NCBI GenBank assembly: GCA_030549845.1
Contig: JAUQQN010000001.1
Coordinates: 270,596 to 302,595 of the forward strand
DNA: 32,000 bases
Source of the DNA: Patescibacteria group bacterium
GTDB taxonomy: Bacteria; Patescibacteriota; Minisyncoccia; UBA6257; HR35
Direction: 5' to 3'
The notes beneath the pieces are model-generated. The model was given only the letters and a program-made list of their open reading frames with translations. It ran no database searches and was not told the origin of the DNA. Shown here one piece after another: positions 24,487-32,000 of the stretch. The translations under genes were made by a program, and so were the position numbers. Numbering within the stretch: position 1 is the stretch's first letter; each line of letters opens with the position of its first letter.

Positions 24487-26549
24487 GTTTGAAGCATTAA
24501 TAAATCCTTATTTCCTATCTCTTGCCATAAATATTCTGTAAGAAAAGGCATAAAAGGATGAAGCATTTTTAATGAATTAATAATAATCATTCTTAAGACT
24601 TCTCTATTATTTTTAGTTTGCCCCTTACAAGATTCGATATAAACATCGCAAAATTGATTCCAGAAAAATTTATAAAATCTTTTAAGAGCATCAGAAAACC
24701 TCAAATTCTCAATGTTTTTAGTCACGTATTTTAACGTAGAATTAAAAGCTTTTATGATCTTTCTATCTTCTGCTGAGAACCCATTCTTTTTTTCCATCTC
24801 AGGATACCTTATTAAATAAAATCTAACAGCATTATAAACTTTATTTGCAAATTTCATTCCATTTTCTACATTTACTTCGTCAAATTTTAGATCTTGCAAA
24901 AAAGTTGTTTGCCATGTAAGACCAAATCTTAAAGCATCAGCTCCGTATTTTTCAATTAAATCCAAAGGATCTATACCTGTTCCTAAACTTTTTGACATCC
25001 TTTTTCCCTCCTTTGTCAAAACTGTAGGATGTACATAAACTAATTTGAATGGGGGTTTTTTCATAAAAAATATTCCTGAAAATATCATTCTACCGATCCA
25101 TAAATTAATAATATCTCTTGCGGTAAAAACTACATTCGCAGGATACCATTCTTTTTCTTTTTGTGTATATAAAATAGCAAAAGGCCATAAGGCAGAAGAA
25201 AACCATGTATCAAAAACCTCTTCTGTTCTATACCAATTGCTCTTTTTACATATCTTGCATTTTTTGTTTGGTTTTTTTCTAGAAACCTCATAACTATCTT
25301 CACAATTTTTGCAATACCAAACAGGTAAAGTTTGTCCCCACCATATTTTTCTTGATATACACCAATCCCTTATATTTTTTAGCCAATCAAAATAAATTTT
25401 TTTAAATCTTTGAGGGAATATATAAACTTCTCTTGATTTAACCGCATCCTTTGCAATCTTAGCAAGAATATCCATTTTTAAAAACCATTCTTTAGATGGA
25501 ATTACTTGAAGTTCTGTATGACATCTATAGCAATAAGGAACATTATGAAGTATTTTTTCTTCTTTGACAAGATAACCCTTTTCTTTAAGAATTTTTAAAA
25601 TTTTTTCTCTTGCAGAAAGATAATCCAAACCTTCAAAGCCTTTTATATTTACAATTTTTGCGTTTTCATCTATAACTTTTACTATTTCTAAACCATGTCT
25701 TTTCCCTATTTCATAATCTATTATGCTATGAGCTGGGGTAACTTTTACAACGCCAGTGCCAAATTTAGGATCTACTCTTTGATCTGTAATTACCAATAGC
25801 TCTCTATTAATAATTGGTAAAATAGCTATATGACCCCAATATTTTTGATACCTTTCATCTGAAGGATTTACTGCTAAAGCTACATCACCTAACATAGTCT
25901 CAGGTCTAGTTGTAGCTACAGTTAAAAATTCATCTAAGTCTTTTAGGGGGTATTTTATGTAGTAAAGAGACCCTTCTTTGGTTTCATATTCAATTTCTAA
26001 GTCTGATAAACTTGTTTGACATCTTGGGCAATAATTTATAGCCCTATAATCTCTATAAATCCACCCTTTTTTGTAATACTCTATAAAAGCCTTTTCAACC
26101 CAATCAACATATTTTTTATCCATCGTAAATCTTGTTCTTGTCCAGTCAGGAGATATGCCTAATTTCTTAAATTGCTGCAAAATAATCCCACCATATTTTT
26201 CTTTCCATTCCCAAACTCTTTTTAAAAATTTTTCTCTACCTAAATCAAACCTTGTTAAGCCTTCTTTTTTTAATTCTTTTTCAACTACATTTTGCGTAGC
26301 TATTCCAGCGTGATCTAAGCCAGGTATCCAAATTATTTTAAAACCGCGCATTCTTTTATATCTTAATAAAATATCAAGTAAGATATTTTGAAGAGAATGG
26401 CCCATATGTAAAGACCCGGTTACATTAGGAGGAGCCATTAAAGCAATGAATTTTTCACCTCCTTTTTGTTTTTCAACCTTAAGATAAGGCAACCATTTTT
26501 TATAAATTTTTTCTTCTATTTCTTGAGGGTTATATCTTGATCCAAGCAT
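24468..26549 (-). CDS. valS: Valyl-tRNA synthetase (short form, 693 aa)
   Basis: HIGH (PPNVTGSLHMGH), KMSKS (KRMSKSLGTG), CP1/editing segment (VKVTPAHSIIDY). It ends soon after the anticodon-binding region. Confidence 0.93.
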   Translation of the reverse strand: MLGSRYNPQEIEEKIYKKWLPYLKVEKQKGGEKFIALMAPPNVTGSLHMGHSLQNILLDILLRYKRMRGFKIIWIPGLDHAGIATQNVVEKELKKEGLTRFDLGREKFLKRVWEWKEKYGGIILQQFKKLGISPDWTRTRFTMDKKYVDWVEKAFIEYYKKGWIYRDYRAINYCPRCQTSLSDLEIEYETKEGSLYYIKYPLKDLDEFLTVATTRPETMLGDVALAVNPSDERYQKYWGHIAILPIINRELLVITDQRVDPKFGTGVVKVTPAHSIIDYEIGKRHGLEIVKVIDENAKIVNIKGFEGLDYLSAREKILKILKEKGYLVKEEKILHNVPYCYRCHTELQVIPSKEWFLKMDILAKIAKDAVKSREVYIFPQRFKKIYFDWLKNIRDWCISRKIWWGQTLPVWYCKNCEDSYEVSRKKPNKKCKICKKSNWYRTEEVFDTWFSSALWPFAILYTQKEKEWYPANVVFTARDIINLWIGRMIFSGIFFMKKPPFKLVYVHPTVLTKEGKRMSKSLGTGIDPLDLIEKYGADALRFGLTWQTTFLQDLKFDEVNVENGMKFANKVYNAVRFYLIRYPEMEKKNGFSAEDRKIIKAFNSTLKYVTKNIENLRFSDALKRFYKFFWNQFCDVYIESCKGQTKNNREVLRMIIINSLKMLHPFMPFLTEYLWQEIGNKDLLMLQTWPQQI

Positions 26550-26579
26550 GGTTTGTTATTTAAATTATTAAAAAGAAAT

Positions 26580-26651
26580 TGGGCGGGAGAGGACTCGAAC
26601 CTCTGACCTTCTCGTTGTAAGCGAGACGCTCTGCCACTGAGCTACCCGCCC
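26580..26651 (-). tRNA. tRNA-Val (anticodon UAC)
   Basis: Hand-folded: GGGCGGG/TA/GCTC-AGTGGC-AGAGC/G/TCTCG-CTTACAA-CGAGA/AGGTC/AGAGG-TTCGAGT-CCTCT/CCCGCCC/A. It lies 30 nt upstream of the valS ATG. Confidence 0.9.
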
Positions 26652-26666
26652 TATTTAATTTTATAA

Positions 26667-27227
26667 TTATAAACCGAGTTTATCTCTTATTTTTTTCATT
26701 GCATTAAGGCAAATTTCAGCAAGTTCTTCAACTTTTATCCCTAATAACTCTTCACATTTTTTGATAATTTCTCTATTAACTCCTCGCGCAAAGGAAGGTT
26801 CTTTAAATTTGCTCATTATTCTTTCAACAGTTACTTCATCTAAAGATTTATTAGGCATAACCAGTGCTACAGCTACAATAAAACCAGTCATTTCTTCACA
26901 AGAATATAATGCTTTTTCTAAAAGAGTCTTAGGTTCAAATCCATGAATATGATTATGGATTTTTACAGCGTTTACAATTTCTTCTGGGAAACCTTCTTTT
27001 TGCAAAATTTCTGCACCAAGAAGAGAATGTTTTTCTGGGGTTTCTTTTGTCAATTCCCAATCTATATCATGAACTAAACCTGCAATTTTCCAAAGCTCTT
27101 CATTCTCGCCAAACTTTTTTGCGAGTTCTCCCATCAATGCTTCAACTGCAAAAAGATGTTTTTTCAGGTTTTCATTCTTTATGTATTTTTCCAAAAGTTT
27201 AAGTGCTTTATTTCTTAATTCTTCCAT
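26667..27227 (-). CDS. HD-domain metal-dependent phosphohydrolase
   Basis: HD motif (AGLVHDIDWE) plus further His residues (KHSLLGAEIL, KIHNHIHG). Confidence 0.75.
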   Translation of the reverse strand: MEELRNKALKLLEKYIKNENLKKHLFAVEALMGELAKKFGENEELWKIAGLVHDIDWELTKETPEKHSLLGAEILQKEGFPEEIVNAVKIHNHIHGFEPKTLLEKALYSCEEMTGFIVAVALVMPNKSLDEVTVERIMSKFKEPSFARGVNREIIKKCEELLGIKVEELAEICLNAMKKIRDKLGL

Positions 27228-27297
27228 TTCTGAATTTATTCAATTAAAATGAAATTATAAAAAATTTTTGTTTTTTATTAAAATAATTCTAATAATA

Positions 27298-28086
27298 ATG
27301 AAAAATATAATTTCAAAACTTTTATTGGTTTCTTTATTGTTTTTGGTATGTAACCATTTTGCCTTTGCCCAAAATTTTTATCTTGAAAATTTAAAATTTA
27401 AAACTGCTTATAAAATTTCTATTCTAATTCCTAATCCTGTTCAAAAAATTTCTTTATTAAATAGCTTAGCAACAACTTCTTTGCAAACCTATAAAAAATT
27501 GAAAAATACAAGACAGAAAAATATTTTTTTAAATAACTATTTAGAAGTCTTAAAAGAATTAGATAAAACTTGGGATAATTTTTCATTTAATTATTCAGAA
27601 TATCCAAAACTATATGAAAATTCCATTAAGTTATATGTAAGTCATCTAAAGGAAAATAATGAAACAATAAAAAATTTGAAAATTCAAGAATATCTAATAA
27701 AAATAATAATAAAGGTAGCATCTAAACTTGACAGCAAAGAAAGCTTAAATTTATTAAACAATATTATCACTAAATATAAAGGAACGGATCTAAATATTTT
27801 ACAGAACTATTTAAAAGAAACAAAAAATTTAAATAACAAATATTATGTTGAATTGATAAAAATTTTAAATGAACTTAAAACTTTAATAGATGAATTTGAA
27901 AAAGGAGAAAGAATTATAGTTAGTAATTATGACAAGATGGAAGAAAAGCTGTTAGAAATGCAAAAAGAAGCAAATTTAGCTATGGAAAATATTAAAAAAA
28001 TGAAATTAAAGGAATTTGAAGAAAATATTTTAAAATTAAAAGAAGCTGTAGATTTTATTAAGAAAAATTCCAAAAAAATAAAATGA
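27298..28086 (+). CDS. Hypothetical secreted helical protein
   Basis: The ATG at 27298 gives the signal peptide MKNIISKLLLVSLLFLVCNHFAFAQ. The TTG at 27268 adds only a hydrophobic extension. K/E/N-rich helical body. Confidence 0.55.
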   Translation: MKNIISKLLLVSLLFLVCNHFAFAQNFYLENLKFKTAYKISILIPNPVQKISLLNSLATTSLQTYKKLKNTRQKNIFLNNYLEVLKELDKTWDNFSFNYSEYPKLYENSIKLYVSHLKENNETIKNLKIQEYLIKIIIKVASKLDSKESLNLLNNIITKYKGTDLNILQNYLKETKNLNNKYYVELIKILNELKTLIDEFEKGERIIVSNYDKMEEKLLEMQKEANLAMENIKKMKLKEFEENILKLKEAVDFIKKNSKKIK

Positions 28087-28610
28087 AAAAAGTATTATTT
28101 ATAATAGCAAAACAAGGATTTAGAGATGAGGAATATTTTATACCTAAATCTATACTAGAAGAAAAATTTGAAGTTAAAACAGCAAGTAATTCTAAGGAGA
28201 AAAGTATAGCCTTAGGATTTTTAGGAGGAGAAGCCGAGGTTGATATAAATTACGAAGATATTAACGTTGATGATTTTGATGCAATAATTTTTGTGGGAGG
28301 GCAAGGTGCTTTAAAAAATTTAGATAACGAAATAAGTTATAAAATTGCACAAGAAGCAATGAATAAAAATAAAATTTTATGCGCTATATGCATAGCTCCT
28401 GTTATTTTGGCTAAAGCTGGAGTTTTAAAAGACAAAAAAGCAACTGTATGGCATTCAAATTTTGATAAAGCTCCTATAAAAATATTAGAAGAAAATGGTG
28501 CTATTTTTGTAGATGAAGATGTAGTAGAGGATGGAAATATAATAACTGCAAATGGTCCTAATGCAGCAGAAGAATTTGGGAAAAAGATTCTTAAAAAGCT
28601 AGAGTCGTAA
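28083..28610 (+). CDS. DJ-1/PfpI-family protein
   Basis: Nucleophile elbow LCAICIAPVILAKAG, a flavodoxin-like N-terminus (KVLFIIA), 175 aa. Confidence 0.85.
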   Translation: MKKVLFIIAKQGFRDEEYFIPKSILEEKFEVKTASNSKEKSIALGFLGGEAEVDINYEDINVDDFDAIIFVGGQGALKNLDNEISYKIAQEAMNKNKILCAICIAPVILAKAGVLKDKKATVWHSNFDKAPIKILEENGAIFVDEDVVEDGNIITANGPNAAEEFGKKILKKLES

Positions 28611-28632
28611 TTAACCTTCATAAAAAATAAAC

Positions 28633-28827
28633 ATGTATGATAACCATATTTATAATTTAATGTCTCAATTAGTAGAAGAACACAGAAGTTTATGGAGACT
28701 TAAAAAGTACTATGTTAAAGACGCTAAAAATTGTAAAAAATGTAAAGAGTTATGGCAACAACTATTGAAAGAAAAATCTCAACATATAAAAAGAATCTCT
28801 GAAATACTAAAAGCTCATAATCTTTAA
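28633..28827 (+). CDS. Small hypothetical helical protein (64 aa)
   Basis: ORF only. It has a CKKC pair, and I recognise no family. Confidence 0.4.
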   Translation: MYDNHIYNLMSQLVEEHRSLWRLKKYYVKDAKNCKKCKELWQQLLKEKSQHIKRISEILKAHNL

Positions 28828-28829
28828 GT

Positions 28830-29495
28830 ATGAAAAAAAAAGAAAAAAGAAATATTAAAAAATTAAAAGAAAAAGCATTAAAAATTATTCAAAAACTGGA
28901 TAAATTATTTCCTGAATCTAAAATAGCATTAAATTTTTCTAACCCATGGGAACTTTATGTCGCAGTTGTTTTATCTGCAAGAAACCGAGATGATGTTGTA
29001 AATAAAGTTACTGAAAAATTATTTAAAAAATATAAAAATTTAGATGATTATGTAAACGCAAGCTTTGAAGAATTCTCAAAAGATATAAGTAAATTAGGTT
29101 TATATAAACAAAAAGCAAAATATATCTTAGAAACAGCAAAAATCATTAAAGAAAAATACGGAGGTAGATTGCCAGATAAAATGGAGGAACTTTTAAAATT
29201 ACCAGGTATTGGAAGAAAAACTGCTAATATTATTTTATGGAATGCTTATAAAAAAGCTGAAGGCATAGCTGTTGATACACATGTAAGAAGACTATCTCAT
29301 TTATTTGGACTAACAAATAAATCAAATCCAGACCAGATAGAAAAGGATTTAATGGAGGTAATTCCTAAAAAAAGATGGGGAGATATCCCCTATAAATTTA
29401 TAGATTATGGAAGAAAATATTGCACAGCAAGGTGCAAACATAAAAATTGCCCTCTTAAAAATTTTATAGTTAAAAGATACAAAGAAAGGAAATGA
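28830..29495 (+). CDS. nth: Endonuclease III-family DNA glycosylase
   Basis: HhH-GPD motifs (LLKLPGIGRKTANIIL, VDTHV). The C-terminal Cys region is present but has only three Cys. Confidence 0.88.
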   Translation: MKKKEKRNIKKLKEKALKIIQKLDKLFPESKIALNFSNPWELYVAVVLSARNRDDVVNKVTEKLFKKYKNLDDYVNASFEEFSKDISKLGLYKQKAKYILETAKIIKEKYGGRLPDKMEELLKLPGIGRKTANIILWNAYKKAEGIAVDTHVRRLSHLFGLTNKSNPDQIEKDLMEVIPKKRWGDIPYKFIDYGRKYCTARCKHKNCPLKNFIVKRYKERK

Positions 29496-29914
29496 AAACT
29501 ATAAAAATTTGGACAGATGGAGGTGTTATCAATAATCCTGGAGAGGGAGCTATAGGTGTAGTTATAGATTTTGGTGATAGAGTTAATCATTATAAAGCAA
29601 AACTCAAAGAAGTAACTAATAATGAAGCAGAATATTTAGCAGTAATCTATGCGTTAAAAAAATTAAAGGAAATTTTTGGTAAAAAGAAATTAAAAGATTA
29701 TATGGTAATATTACACTTGGATAGTGAATTAGTGGGTAATCAACTCATAGGAAAATATAAAATAAAAGAAGAAAATTTGCAAAAATTATTTTTAAAATTT
29801 TGGAATCTGAAAGTAGATATTCCAAACATCGAAGTAAAAATTATTCCAAGAGAAGAAAATAAAATTGCAGATAAACTAGTTAAAAGCCTTTTGTTTAAAA
29901 ACACGCTTTTTTAA
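29492..29914 (+). CDS. rnhA: RNase HI-family ribonuclease
   Basis: DEDD-type pattern: WTDGG...TNNEAEYLAVIYAL...LDSELVGNQL...REENKIADKL. ATGA overlap with nth. Confidence 0.8.
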   Translation: MKTIKIWTDGGVINNPGEGAIGVVIDFGDRVNHYKAKLKEVTNNEAEYLAVIYALKKLKEIFGKKKLKDYMVILHLDSELVGNQLIGKYKIKEENLQKLFLKFWNLKVDIPNIEVKIIPREENKIADKLVKSLLFKNTLF

Positions 29915-29922
29915 AAAAATTA

Positions 29923-29931
29923 TGGTATAAT
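29923..29931 (+). promoter_or_regulatory. Extended -10 promoter (TGgTATAAT) for the orphan 5S rRNA
   Basis: TG at 29923-29924 and TATAAT at 29926-29931, about 7 nt upstream of the first base of 5S helix I. No good -35 element. Confidence 0.45.
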
Positions 29932-29937
29932 TTATAA

Positions 29938-30056
29938 GTCCCTTGTGGCTGTATAGCTGGGTTGGAACCACCCCTTTCCATTCCGAACAGGCAGGTGAAA
30001 CGGCCCAGCGCCGATGGTAGTGCCCTTGAGGCGCGAGAGTAGGTGCTGCAAGGGAC
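29938..30056 (+). rRNA. rrf: 5S ribosomal RNA
   Basis: GC-rich island with the conserved 5S blocks CCATTCCGAACAGG, GTGAAAC, AGCGCCGATGGTAGTG and GCGAGAGTAGG. The terminal helix GTCCCTTG...CAAGGGAC closes it. Confidence 0.92.
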
Positions 30057-30082
30057 TTATTATTTCAACAGAATTTTAAAAA

Positions 30083-30388
30083 ATGGAAAATCAGTTATAT
30101 GAAATCAGTTTTTGGGTTAAATTAAATGCAGATGTAGAAAAAGAAATTGAAAAGATTATAAATTTGATTCAAAAAAATAATGGTGAAATTATATATAAAG
30201 ATGCACCAAAAAAGAAGGAGATGGCTTATCCTATTAAAAAAGAAAAAACTGGCTTTTTCTCTTATATTGTTTTTAAGCTAGAAAAAGACAAGATTGAAAA
30301 TATTAAAAAAGAATTATTATTCTATAAAAATATATTAAGATTTTTAATAGTTAAAAGGAAAGTTTTATTACAAAAAGAAAAAGTTTAA
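30083..30388 (+). CDS. rpsF: 30S ribosomal protein S6
   Basis: YEISFWV start, MAYPIKK motif, 101 aa, immediately upstream of ssb. Confidence 0.85.
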   Translation: MENQLYEISFWVKLNADVEKEIEKIINLIQKNNGEIIYKDAPKKKEMAYPIKKEKTGFFSYIVFKLEKDKIENIKKELLFYKNILRFLIVKRKVLLQKEKV

Positions 30389-30393
30389 TCATT

Positions 30394-30810
30394 ATGAATC
30401 TAAATAAAGTACTTTTAATTGGAAGACTAGTACAAGATGTTGATTTTAAAATAGCTCCTTCTGGAACACCTATAGCAATTATTAATCTGGCAACTAATAG
30501 ACTATATAAAGATAAAAGTGGTGCAAATAAAACAGAAACAGAATTCCATAGAGTAGTAGCATGGGGTAAGCTTGCAGAGTTGTGCAGAGATTATTTAACT
30601 AAAGGAAGATTAATTTTTGTAGAAGGAAGAATCCACTATAGAACATGGTTAAGCGCAGATGGAACTAAAAAGGTGACTACAGAAATAATAGCTGAAAATA
30701 TAATTTTTGGCCCAAGGCCATCCTTAGAGATTGTAGAATCCGAGGAAATACCGGAAGAACTAAAAGAATTTGAAGAACCTCCTCCAGACATATGGGAAAT
30801 TCAATTTTAA
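30394..30810 (+). CDS. ssb: Single-stranded DNA-binding protein
   Basis: OB-fold signature MNLNKVLLIGRLVQD...TEFHRVVAWGKLAE...FVEGRI. Acidic C-terminal tail ending in F. Confidence 0.92.
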   Translation: MNLNKVLLIGRLVQDVDFKIAPSGTPIAIINLATNRLYKDKSGANKTETEFHRVVAWGKLAELCRDYLTKGRLIFVEGRIHYRTWLSADGTKKVTTEIIAENIIFGPRPSLEIVESEEIPEELKEFEEPPPDIWEIQF

Positions 30811-30824
30811 TTTATAATTAGCAT

Positions 30825-31823
30825 ATGGCAAAGAAAAAAGAAGAAAATACAAAATCCGATTTAGATAGCTTAATAAAAGAACTCCAAAAAGAATTTGGCG
30901 AAGGCTCTGTAATGAAATTAGAAGAAGTTCCTAAAGTTGACGTTGAAGTAATATCTACAGGTTCTCCTTCTTTAGACCTTGCTTTAGGAGTAGGAGGACT
31001 TCCCAGAGGAAGAATTGTAGAAATTTTTGGTCCTGAAGCAAGTGGTAAGACAACTGTTGCTTTAGAAACAATAGCAGAAGCTCAAAAAAAGGGCGGTAAT
31101 GTTGCATTTGTAGACGTAGAGCATGCATTAGATCCAGAATATGCAAAAAAAATTGGAGTAGATATAAATAAAATAATAATTTCTCAACCAGATTCAGGAG
31201 AAGATGCCTTAAACTTAGTAGAAAGACTTGTAAAGTCGGGATTGTTTGATGTTATAGTAATAGACTCAGTAGCAGCTTTAGCTCCAAAAGCAGAATTAGA
31301 AGGTGAAATAGGAGAGCACTATATAGGATTACAAGCTAGACTGCTTTCTCAAGCACTGAGAAAACTAACAGCGATAATTTCCAAAACAAAGACAATTGTT
31401 ATATTCTTAAATCAAACAAGGGCTCAAATAGGTGCTATGATAGGGGCTCAAGAAACAACACCTGGGGGAAAAGCATTGAAATTTTATGCATCAGTAAGAA
31501 TTGAACTTAAAAAAATTGGGCAAATTAAAAAAGGTGATGAGATCATAGGAGTAAAAGTAAAGGCAAGAGTAGTTAAAAATAAAGTTGCTCCACCTTTTAA
31601 ATCAGCAGAATTTGAGATTTATTATGGAGAAGGGATTTCTTATGAAGCAGATCTATTAAATCTAGGAGAAAAATATGGTATCATTAAAAAAACAGGCACT
31701 AGCTTGTTTTATGGAGACTTAAAATTAGGAAATAGTTTTCAATCCGCAAGAGAATTTTTGAAACAAAACCCCAAAATATCAAAAGAAATTTTTGAAAATA
31801 TAAAAAAACAAGTTGTTCATTAA
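30825..31823 (+). CDS. recA: Recombinase RecA
   Basis: Walker A GPEASGKTT and Walker B VIVIDSVAAL, plus the loop L2 region (NQTRAQIGAMIGAQETTPGGKALKFYASVR). Confidence 0.98.
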   Translation: MAKKKEENTKSDLDSLIKELQKEFGEGSVMKLEEVPKVDVEVISTGSPSLDLALGVGGLPRGRIVEIFGPEASGKTTVALETIAEAQKKGGNVAFVDVEHALDPEYAKKIGVDINKIIISQPDSGEDALNLVERLVKSGLFDVIVIDSVAALAPKAELEGEIGEHYIGLQARLLSQALRKLTAIISKTKTIVIFLNQTRAQIGAMIGAQETTPGGKALKFYASVRIELKKIGQIKKGDEIIGVKVKARVVKNKVAPPFKSAEFEIYYGEGISYEADLLNLGEKYGIIKKTGTSLFYGDLKLGNSFQSAREFLKQNPKISKEIFENIKKQVVH

Positions 31824-31900
31824 TCTAATGACTATATTTTTTGAAGTCACTATTTAGCCTATCTTTATATTCTTACTCTGCTATAATAATCCTAATAAAA

Positions 31901-32000
31901 ATGATGTATTCAACAAAAAAATCTGCAAAATATTCTAAATCTCTCTCCTTTACCCTAATAGAACTCATAATAGTTCTAGCAATAATAGCTTCATTAGTAG
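31901..32000 (+). CDS. Type IV pilin / pseudopilin, N-terminal fragment (3'-truncated by the window)
   Basis: MMYSTKKSAKYSKSLSFTLIELIIVLAIIASLV carries the prepilin-type N-terminal methylation motif FTLIEL plus a hydrophobic helix. A TATAAT lies at 31882-31887. Confidence 0.7.
   Translation, partial: MMYSTKKSAKYSKSLSFTLIELIIVLAIIASLV

Noticed and set aside
27268-27297. TTG start at 27268 for the secreted 272-aa ORF
   Set aside because: The ATG at 27298 yields a canonical signal peptide. The TTG adds 10 hydrophobic residues with no support.
1001-31146. Other short opposite-strand ORFs in the track: 1001-1198, 3526-3909, 7424-7618, 8712-8897, 9545-9790, 12254-12523, 13922-14230, 14435-14737, 16355-16555, 22282-22563, 22650-22877, 25045-25293, 26761-26946, 28337-28621, 29405-29590, 30955-31146
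   Set aside because: Each lies wholly or largely inside a longer ORF on the other strand that has recognisable motifs or operon context. Their compositions are typical of antisense frames in AT-rich DNA.
31824-31870. Possible terminator hairpin after recA (TGACT...AGTCA)
   Set aside because: It has only a 5-bp stem with a ~12-nt loop in AT-rich sequence, which is too weak to call.
1-32000. Alternative genetic code (TGA as Trp or Gly, as in Mollicutes, Absconditabacteria or Gracilibacteria)
   Set aside because: Full-length dnaA, leuS, valS and recA translate under the standard code. TGA also terminates ORFs cleanly at ATGA junctions (28083-28086 and 29492-29495).
1-32000. CRISPR arrays, IS elements, prophage or toxin-antitoxin modules
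   Set aside because: I saw no regularly spaced direct repeats, no transposase-like or integrase-like ORFs and no terminal inverted repeats on reading through the window.

Overview
Very AT-rich bacterial chromosome segment, roughly 30% GC by eye. It uses the standard genetic code: TGA acts as a stop at 28084-28086 and 29493-29495. It spans the replication-origin neighbourhood, with rpmH-rnpA-yidC divergent from dnaA-dnaN. The gene content fits an ultra-small Patescibacteria/CPR-like or similarly reduced bacterium: very compact gene packing, an orphan 5S rRNA, a short ValRS, a minimal YidC and a type IV pilin. That taxonomic call is an inference. Housekeeping genes recognised: PBP1A (5'-partial), dnaN, dnaA, rpmH (missed by the ORF track), rnpA, yidC, ftsB-like, yraN, leuS, hsp20, prsW, valS, an HD hydrolase, a DJ-1/PfpI protein, nth, rnhA, 5S rRNA, rpsF, ssb, recA, a partial type IV pilin, and tRNA-Thr(CGU), tRNA-Ile(UAU) and tRNA-Val(UAC). 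The main item is a ~14 kb, 12-gene minus-strand operon (5262-19321) whose genes overlap or sit at most 24 nt apart. It encodes a stripped-down, Gram-positive/ICE-type type IV secretion-like envelope machine: a PrgI/VirB3-like protein, a VirB4 ATPase split into two ORFs, a VirB6/TrbL-like polytopic protein with a long cytoplasmic extension, and a VirB2-like membrane hairpin fused to a 3D-domain cell-wall hydrolase. It also encodes six family-less secreted or membrane proteins, including a 1102-aa Cys-containing coiled-coil giant. No relaxase, coupling protein, integrase or att repeat is visible. Other oddities are tRNAs that abut start codons, near-absence of Shine-Dalgarno motifs, long convergent gene overlaps, and an Endo III with only three cluster cysteines. 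All family assignments come from motif reading by eye, not from searches.
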